This document shows, piece after piece, positions 53,001-63,188 of a stretch of 64,000 nt of DNA. The stretch is from assembly GCA_964016885.1 (NCBI GenBank), contig OZ024741.1, positions 204,600,001 through 204,664,000 on the forward strand, in the 5' to 3' direction. Below the pieces are notes generated by a model, which ran no database searches, was not told where the DNA came from, and worked only from the letters and a program-made list of their open reading frames with translations. The stretch is from Eledone cirrhosa. Its lineage: Eukaryota. The translations under genes were made by a program, and so were the position numbers. Each line of letters begins with the position of its first letter. The first letter of the stretch is position 1.

Positions 53001-56000
53001 TTATTATTTATTTAAAGATTCACTTCTTTAAAATTTTCACATGTCAACTCTTCCGGTGGCAATCGCTTAAATATATTAATTTTCTGTCACTAATTTTCTC
53101 CTAATGTAGTTTATATATAATATCGTCTACCACAGTGGTGGTAGGATATATTGAGTATAATGAAATTTAGTGTAATCTCTCATATAAAGGCATCATGATG
53201 GAAGATAGAAGCAGACTGATAAAATTACAGCCAGATCTAAAGACATTCCTTGTTATGTGGGTCACATAGTAGAGTGAGTATTAGAGTGAGGGTTGAGAGG
53301 GTCAGACAGATCCTGTGCCATCTAGGAAGATAGTAGCATGACAACCCATCCAATTAAGATGATATATACATATAATAATTGTTTCTACTTTTGGCACAAG
53401 GCCAGCAATTATTCCAGTGCATTACTGGTACTTTATGTCATCGACCATGTAAGGATGAAAGGCAAAGTTAACCTTGGCGGGATTTGAACTCAGACCATAA
53501 AGATCCGTAACTTTATACTGCAAAGCATGGCATCCAACCCTCTACCGATACTACCAATCCCCCACCTTTCATTTCATCATCATCATCGTTTAACGTCTAT
53601 CTTCCATGCTAGCATGGGTTTAGACGGGAATTGTCCCACATGAGGCCAGATTGGTTGTCTTGCTCATATAGGACTGTCTGACGGGTTTTCTACGGCTGGA
53701 TGCCCTTCCTAACACCAACCACATTTAATAATGGATGGAAAGCTAAGATGAAGAAATTTAAAACAGTTTATTCATTTTACATGTTTCAACAATAATGAGA
53801 AGAAAAATATATGGTGAAAAACTTTGTTCAACTTCCACTTTTAATAAATATAGATATGTGTCATGTATACATATATATATAAAACCATCACATGTGTAGT
53901 AGCTATTCACAGCATTATATCACATCCTCACCCCTACTCTATCCAAGATTACCTACATTCTGTCCAGGATCACCTACACTCTATCTAGGATCATCCACAT
54001 TATATCCAGGGTCACCACCCAAAATCCCATTCTGCTCTGTAAGGTGGTTGGCAACCTGAAGGGCACCCTGCTGTAGAAACCATGCCAAAAAGGTCGAAAG
54101 GACCCTAGTTGTGTCATAAACTTGACTACCTCCCACAATAAATGCATCTAGTACACTTAGTACAGTGATTAGTGATAGTAAAGGCATCTAGCCAAAGAAA
54201 ACCTTCCAAACAAAGGGTCTGAAGGACTCCTCAGTTGTGTCAAGGACAAGGCAACTTCCCTAGTGTTGATGCCACAGTTGATACATTCAGTAAAGTATCA
54301 GAGCCCCAGTCAACCTGGAGGTCTATGGCTCTGCTTCAGTACTGACCAGTCTGTAACGACATGTCTAACCCTTACTAACAGGGATAATGGACACTAAACA
54401 ACAATGATATTTTATATATAACATGTATTTTCTTTTACTCTTTTATTCTTTTACCAGTCTCATTCATTAGACTACAGCAATTCTGGGACACTGCTTTAAA
54501 AGCATTTAGTCTACTTATTTAATCAATCGCTTTTTGGGTTTTTTTTGTTTGTTTGTTTGTTTTTTTGTGAACCACTAAGTTACAAGACTTGAGCACATAT
54601 ATAAACAATTTTTGAAACTTAACATATTTTTTGTGTCTGTTTGTGTTCATTTTCTAATTACATCTAATTTTCCAATTACCAGATACTCTTCCTCGGAAGA
54701 ACCAATTAACTGGAGGGAGGTTGAAGACAAAGGAATGTATCAAATACACTGCAAATCACCAAACTGTGAAGAATCTTATTTCATGAATGTGAGTATTTGA
54801 TTATTTGTATTTTCATTTCAAGGCGGCGAATTGGCAGAGTCGTTAGATCAGATAGAATGCTTTATGCTAAGTGTCTGGCAAAAAGAAGAGAGATTGTTGA
54901 GTCCAAGCTAGCTGATAAACATTGTGGTTTTCGCCCCGGATGCAGCACAGCCAACCAAATAATCACACTGTAGCAGGTCTTTGAGAAATTGTGGGAGTAC
55001 TGCCAAGAAGTGTATTCTTTTTTGTAGGCATATGACTGCATTCCACAGGACCTGCTTTGAAAGGTTCTGCAGGGGTATGGTATTGATGGACAGCTCCTTG
55101 TTGCCCAGATGTCTCTATACAAATGCACGAGTATTTGTGTACAGATAAATGGTGATAAGTTGAAACCATTCAGTGTGGGAGTCAAACTCCACCAAGTGTG
55201 CCTACTATTATCTCTCCTGTTCATTATTTTTATGATCAGAATTGATATGCGCAACTGGGTTGTAAGTGGTATCATGACTGGCAGGTGTAGGATCATTCAG
55301 CTGGAATTTGCAGTTGACATGGTATTAGTTAACTTGTCACAAGGTGATCTCCAAACATGCACTAAATAGGTTTGATGCTGAGTGCTGCATGGCTGGAATG
55401 AAAATCAGTGCTGCAATGAGGCATTCATTCTCTCAAGGAAGCCTGTGCAGTGAACTCTATATGTAAATGGAGTTCCACTGAAACAGGTGGAGAATTTCAA
55501 GTACCTTAGGGCCATGTTCACAAATGATGGAAGGCAGGAAGCTGAATTGAGTGCAAGAATTGCAGGAGCTGATGCAGTAGTGCTCCAGCTTCGGCATTCG
55601 GGATCAAAGAGAGGTAGGTGTAAAAACCAAACTCACTATATTCAATTCCATATTTATGCTAATCGTTACCAATGGTCATCTTGGGAAAGGACTGAAAGAA
55701 TACGATTAGAAATATAAGCAGCTGAAACTCTTCTGAAGAGTCTTTGGACTAATGGACTAATGTTACTCGATCAAGTGCATAGCTCTGAGATCAGAGAATT
55801 GCTCTAAATAGTGTCATTACTTCTCCGAATTGAAAGATCACAACTCCGATATTACAGGTATGTAGTTAGAATGTCTCAGGAAAGAATCAATGGACAGATT
55901 TTACAGGCAAAACCAACTGGCAGGAGACCCAGGGGTAAACCACGAACAAGATTGTTGAATAACATCCATCAATTCAACAGGTCTCGCTTGGGAAACCAGC

Positions 56001-59000
56001 CAGATCAATGGGAGGCAGTTGCTTCTGACAGGACCCACTGAAAGGAGTGTTTGAAAACTCTGCTCTCACAACCCTCTCAGGAATAAGTGGGCAAAGAAGA
56101 AGATAAAGATGGTATTTGTAACATTACAAAAATATTTTTTTATATAAGATTATGTTGGAAGATTTTAATTTAAATAGGAATCTTCTAAATAGATGGTTTT
56201 GTTCCATAGAACCAGAGGCTGCTTTGAGCAAGTTGGTATCAAAAGGGTTAATAATAGGTAGACTTATTTTTTTCTATTTGTCTTTACAGAGCAGTTAGGG
56301 AGGGTGTCAACCATGGTAGTAAAGATACATTAATCATTTGAATTGATAAACCCGTTTTTGCTACACCATGCTGTCCTATTGAATGATAAGGCAATCAATT
56401 TGGCAATGTTGTTAGAATATTTGTCCTGGGTCTCTGAGTTCAAATCATACCAAGATTCATATTTGGGGGTTGATGCAGTACCAACCCAGTTCTAGTGCAG
56501 TCCTCTCTCCTTCCAGCTGTCACATACTGGATATTCCACTTTATTGAGAGAGGGAGGGTGGTAAGAAAGTGTCTGTGCTTGCAACTGCATGAGCACCTTA
56601 AACCTTTAGAAATAGAATGGCATATACTACCGTCGTACTCAATTGCAAGTGATGGCTGTAGTAGTTATTGAATAACATGTGAAGTGCTATTGAATGCTAA
56701 TCTCTAAATAAAATAATTTATACTCCAGTTTTCTATTCATTCCATTTCTTTTTTGTTTTGTTTTTTTTCTACATTTAGGTTTGTCCTGAAATTGAAGATA
56801 TTTGTTTTGAGCAACAGGATAATGTGGGCAATGCTAAAATGTACACGTTGCATCTATGGCCAACTGTTATTATCCACAACTTGTTGCCAATGACTATTCG
56901 CTGTTTACTTGAGGTAAGATTTTCCTTCCATTCTATTAAATTACATGTACATATTCTAAGAATATTCTGAATCCGATTGTTTTTTCTTGTTGTTGTTTTT
57001 ATGGGGGGGGGGGGGTGCAAGGTCTTATTTTATTTTTGTTTCTTTGGAATTTTTGTGTGAAAATTATAAATATTGTCATGTCTTTTGACTATATATGGTA
57101 ATTTATTTTTTCTGGTAACTTTCTGTCCTTATAAATTATGATAATACACTTTGCAGAACACCAGTGAAGATCTGGAGCTGAAGTCTGGTGAGAACAGTCC
57201 ACTTTTCAGTGCTTGTATTGGAACATCTAAACTGCAAGTGAGAGTAAGTTATCTAAAAAAATTTTATAATATTTATTTTTAAACATTTTCAAGTGTAATA
57301 ATACAAGGTAGCAAACTGGCAGTGTCATTAGACCATCGGATAGAATGAACTGAAAATAAAAGTTTTTAGAAATTTAATTTTTGTTATTTCTTCTGTCTTT
57401 TCTTTAGATTCCTAATTATCAAGGCTGTGAATGGACTGGATCTCGTACTCTTGAAATGAATATACCAGAATTATCTCAATGGACATTCAAATCTTCAAAC
57501 AGTGATTTAGTTCTTGTAAGTGTCTTGATAAAGTCTAAGTTGATTGTGTGTTGCCTCAGAATATGAGAATTTCAATTGTACTTGGCCTCCTTAAATCAGC
57601 TAACATCTATAGTTTCCTCACAGGGGAAAGGAATATAAAGTCCTAATTCTGATTCCTCAATAAAATGAACTCTGTAAATGGTAGTGTTGGTGCCATGATA
57701 AAATGCACCCAATACACTCTATAAGTAGTAGTAGTAGTAATGGTGTTGAATTAAAATAAATGCACACAGCACACTCTGTAAAGTAGTAGTGATGGAGCCA
57801 CAATAACATGCACCCACTACACTTTGTAGTGTGATAATACTGGTGTCAATAAAATGCACCTAGTACTCTGTAGTGTTCGTAAAGGCCTAAAATTGGCTTG
57901 CTGTATGTTGATGAAGGTCTCAGTCTGGCAGGGTATATTTGCCAACTAAATAAATGTTAGCAAGGTAATCAAGGAAAGAGACCATTAAAATGAGAAAGAA
58001 GAATTTCATTTCACATTTTTTTAAAATATAACAATGAAGTTAAACTTACTAAAATATTCTAAGTTGTATTTTATAATGGAATCTATGATGAGTGAAAAGG
58101 GCCTTAGTTGATATATGTATTCTAGTTATATTAATTTAACATTTAATTAATAATTGTGTATCTAATTTAGTATAGATACACTGTATCCTTGCATGTTGCA
58201 AGAAGTAATTAAATGTTGGCACCAGGAAAGGCATCATGCAGTAAAACATGACCTCAAAAATGACCCCATGGTGAGACTATCATGGCCTGCAAGACTAACC
58301 CTTGCTCTAGCATGGAAAATGGCTTTAGTGCTTTTGATACCAACCCACCCTCTGGTGTGTTGATATCAAAACTGGCTCTGGTTGTATGATACAAAACCAC
58401 ATGTTTTAAAGGCTTCCACCATAATTCGATATAAACAAATACAATCATAACAATGAAAAGATTAACAATTTTTAGTAAATCTATCTAAATTCTTCATTGA
58501 GTGAAGTGTATTTCATTAGAAATATGGTAATGCTTGTTATTGCTGTTTATTCTATGATGTTTTTCAAATGGTGTATACATTCAGTTGTTACATTTACCAA
58601 TGATGAAGTTTCCAGTTTCTTATTCATTGAATCTTATTGCAGGAGATGGGTTTGCATAACAAAACTGGCAGTGGCAGCCTTGCAATGACATTTTATAGCC
58701 CTTATTGGATGATAAATAAAACTGGACAGGATCTCTACTACAAAGTAAGTACTCTCAAAATTGAACCTTTTCTATCTAACATACCTGGCCCAACTAAAAA
58801 TGCATCTTCTTTATTCAGATTCATTCAAAAATTATTTGCTAAACTGAAGTGTCTAATGAAACTAAAAAAACTGGCTATTGTAGATGACTGAAATTTAATA
58901 TCAGAAAAAAAAGTTGTTTATTGACGATGGTGGATTAAAAGAATCATAAGAGCATCATACAAATATTTTGTGACATTTGTTCCACCTCTTTACATTCTGA

Positions 59001-62000
59001 CTTCAAATCCCACCAAAGTAAACTTTGCCTTTCATCCTTCTGAGTTCAATAAAATAAAGTACAAGTCAAGTGCTAGGGTCGATGTAATCGACTTTCTCTT
59101 CGCAAAAAATTCACTGACCTTATGCCTAGGTAAGAAATCATTAATATATAAGGAGCCATGGCTTCAATCTCTAGTTATGGTTCCTTCTATCTTTGATGAT
59201 TAAGTTGTCATTGATCAGTTGCTGAAAAGGTAAATGCGGTTATAATTCAAATACTATAGACAGTTAGTGTAAATGGCTAAGTTGATAAGACACTGGATAA
59301 CTAGCTGAGTCGGTAGTTTGTGACATTTCACTGATACTGTATTGTGTAAGTAATATCTTTAAATCATTATCCATTTGGAGCTTGAATAGATGAAAATGTT
59401 TATTTCCATCTGTTCTGGATGTTTCTGTGTTCTCCATATCAGCCAAGTCTTTTTTTTTCAACAATGACCCAAAATAACACTGTTTTTTAGGTATCTGAGG
59501 TAAACCTTTCCAGATGCTGTTTTGTTGGTGATAAATTACAAAATCCTCAATCATTGGTATGATACAGTCTCTCCTTGTATGTCTGTCTATTCGTGTGAGT
59601 ATGTGTCTGTGTTGGTGTGAGAGTGTAGCTTTGGTGTAGTTATATTGGTTTAAATGTGCACCCTGTTATTGTCTGCAGAACTATATATTCCTATAGCATG
59701 TATCTCTATAGAATTCTTTTGTAGTTTGGATGCAAGCTGACCTAAACTAGTATTCAGTTTTTAATATTAACTTTACATTGATTATAAAGTCCAAGTTAGT
59801 TTCTACTATACTAAACCTACTACACCTATTCAATAAGATTTGGTTGGTTTCTATTAAGTTCAGAAAATTTTTTTAGTGTTCAGTGCACCACTTCAGTATG
59901 ACTTTATTGAGGCCATCTCATTTAGAATAGATTAGCTGTGATTTTCAACATCTCAAATTTTCTTAAAGAGTAAAAATGGAATTCATATCATATCATATTT
60001 AATAATGCCTATACAGTTATTCTTCTTGAAATGTTTCAGAGTTTTGTTTTTTTGGTGGGCGGTGGTTATTGTACTTAGAAATATATATATCAAATACATT
60101 TAACTTACCATCTGAAATGATATTTTCTTAATATTTACCATTTGAAATTGTTATGAGAATATATTGAACCAACAGCTTATTCTGTGTTCAGTTTTACCCT
60201 CCTGCTAACATGGGTGAAATGGATTTGCACAATATTCTCTGTCTCTCCTTTTCTTCTTAGCTCACATCTATCTGATTATTCACTTGTATTCCTGTTATCA
60301 GCAAATTTTCGTTACCTCACACATTCATTTGCATCATATACACGTACCAGTGATGTTTTGTGTATTTAATAGAATACCATTACACTTCCTACTCATTTCT
60401 GTTCATCCTGTATAAGTATTCCCTTTCCCTAATTTGTTTATTGTTTTAAAGCATGATATTCCTGATATTCACATCATACAACCCACTTTTTGCATGATCA
60501 CAGAATCCTTTTATCAGCAATAAAAACAGCAATTCCTTAAATTTCAGTATTGGTGTAAAACTATTTATATTTTCATGAACAATTATAGTTCCTTTTTAAT
60601 CCCAAATTTCAGACAGAATTAATAAAAAGTAGATATGTATAGCAATCTGCTCACGTAGTCTGATAAATATTGGATGGGTGAGTTTTAGTCATTTTATTAT
60701 TTTCCATGCTGTGCATTGTAATAAAGAAATCTTACTAGTTTCTATTTAAGAACTCTAATAGTGTAAATAGCCATGTGCCCTACATCTCTCCATATTAAGA
60801 GATAATTTTCAAGTCACAAAGACATTCACATGAAACAAATTTTTTAACAATGACTTTACCTTTTCATACCATATTTCTAATAAAAGACACTACCAATCAT
60901 TCTAAAATAATTTTTTAAATAATCAAAAATTTGGAGGAATTAAATGAAATAACTTTTTCAATATTAAGCTGGTGTTTGGAAGAAGTTTCATGCAATTTGG
61001 TATCAGAAGAGTTAAAGAATCTTTCTAGAGAAAATTACAAAAATAAATATCTGTCGATATGTGAGTCTAATTTTATCATTCCACATCATTTAACTTTGAC
61101 GGATGCTTTATAAGCAGCTTCATAGTAATCCTTTCACTCTCTAGAACTCACTATGTCAGTACTTTAATTACTATTTCTCATCAGATTCTCATTTAATCAA
61201 TAGAATTTCTTTGTGTTCTCCTTTTCCCATTGTTGAAGTTGTTGTCTTTGCTTTTATCATTGTCTGTATCTACATGTTTCATAGAAATTATCCCATTTTC
61301 TATGTCTCGGTTGACTGTCCTTCAGCTTTCATCATTCGTTGTATTTTTGTGTAAAAATTGGATGTTTCCTCTTCACCACTATGGTACAATCTACATGCAT
61401 ATCTCTGTTCTCAAATCTTCAACATATTTCTTGACATTTTATTCAGAGTTGTATAAATAATGTTACAAATTGTTTATAATTCTTACAGAATGAAAATTTA
61501 AATCTATGCAATTAATTATTGCTAGAAACCTTATAAATATTTAATCAAAGTGAGAGAACCCCCCCCAAAAAAAAAAACTAAGTGCATCAATCAGTCACAC
61601 GCCACAAGGGTCAATGAAACTTTTTGAGGAGAGCCAACATGCTCACAGCATTGCTGTAGGTGATGTGAGGCTAAGGCACTGAAACAACCAAGCACCCTCA
61701 TATGTATCACCTGACACCTCTGTAAGGCAAGCTGCTAACAATGAGAAGAACGTTGCTGTCAGCAGTCCAGCTCCACTAAACGTCTTGAACACCAGAGGCT
61801 GGAAAAAATAGATATTTGGTCATTCCTAGTATTTTAGTATGTTATTCCATTCGGCTATGGAAGCAGTGACCCTCACATTTACTGCAGCATCCAGGATGTG
61901 GAAGGGAACAAAAGTGTCACTAACTGTGGCAACCTAAGATAAGACATCTGCCTCTTACTCAGAGACAAAGTAAGACCATCTGGTCTCTTCCCATCAACTC

Positions 62001-63154
62001 TGGATAATCCAGCCAACTCCAAAACTGAGGGTATGTTTACCCAAGCTAGGGCTCACTTAATGATCAGGTTTAGCTCAATGTGACTGGCAAAGTGACCAGC
62101 ATTCATGCAGCAAGATAAACCATGGAGGTCTGTGGAGTTGAGGAGCTTACCACAGCAACATTTCAGACCTCCACAGACAAAAAAGACTACTTATATTAGC
62201 CATAGGCAGGGCATCAAGCCTGTTCTCCAAGAATTTTGTGCTTGCAGAATGTAGGCGACACCTTGAAAATTGATCAGATTGATCTCGAATTTCAGGAACT
62301 GAAAAACCCAGCTCTGTCCACTGTAGTAAAGCTTTATCGATTTCTCTGTTGGAATTAGTCCATGTTGGAAAGGAGAGGATGTCACATACTAAAGGGGAGC
62401 ATGTGAATGGAGGAAAGAAAGCAAGGTAGAGTTAGGGATAAGCATTTATACTGACCAAGACCTCCAAACCATTTGAACAAGGTAGCCTGATCGTGGGACT
62501 CTGGAGAAAGTCTGATATTGACCAAACATTCAAGTTCACTGAAGATTAAGTCATCAAAGCATTGGAGAAACAACAAAAATCGAATCATCATTAATACTCT
62601 TGAAGGCTTTTTTGATAACTTTTGAGAACTTGTCTTCAAGAATAACTTAAATTTCTCAGTCATTAGATAGTAGAAACCTATAACCACGTAACTATGTTAC
62701 TTTTGCAAATTATTTCATCAATCATTTACTAATTCTGAGGTTATAATATCTCTAAAAATATTATTGATGAGTGATGTTTGTAACTTGACAGAAAACTGTA
62801 TTGTGATGCCATTATCAGAATTATCAAGAAATGGCAAATTGTATCTGCAAATAGAAGAATGCTGATGTAAAACCAATAATCAACTGAAACCATTTCAGCC
62901 ACAAGTTTGTCTTTAAAATTGTTACTAAATCCATTGTTAATGTAAAATCAGTTATCATTTTTCATTTCATTCTGTTTGTCCATTATAATATTTTGAAATT
63001 ATTTTTTACTGATTTGCTTTTAAACATAAACTGCTCATCAAAATTCAGTACAGATATTTACATTTTAGCCAACTTTAAAATATAACACTTTACTAAAAAT
63101 GAATTTCATGAAATCAAATCAATAAAATTATTACACAGTAAACCTTTTTTGATG

Positions 63155-63188
<34 letters not shown>

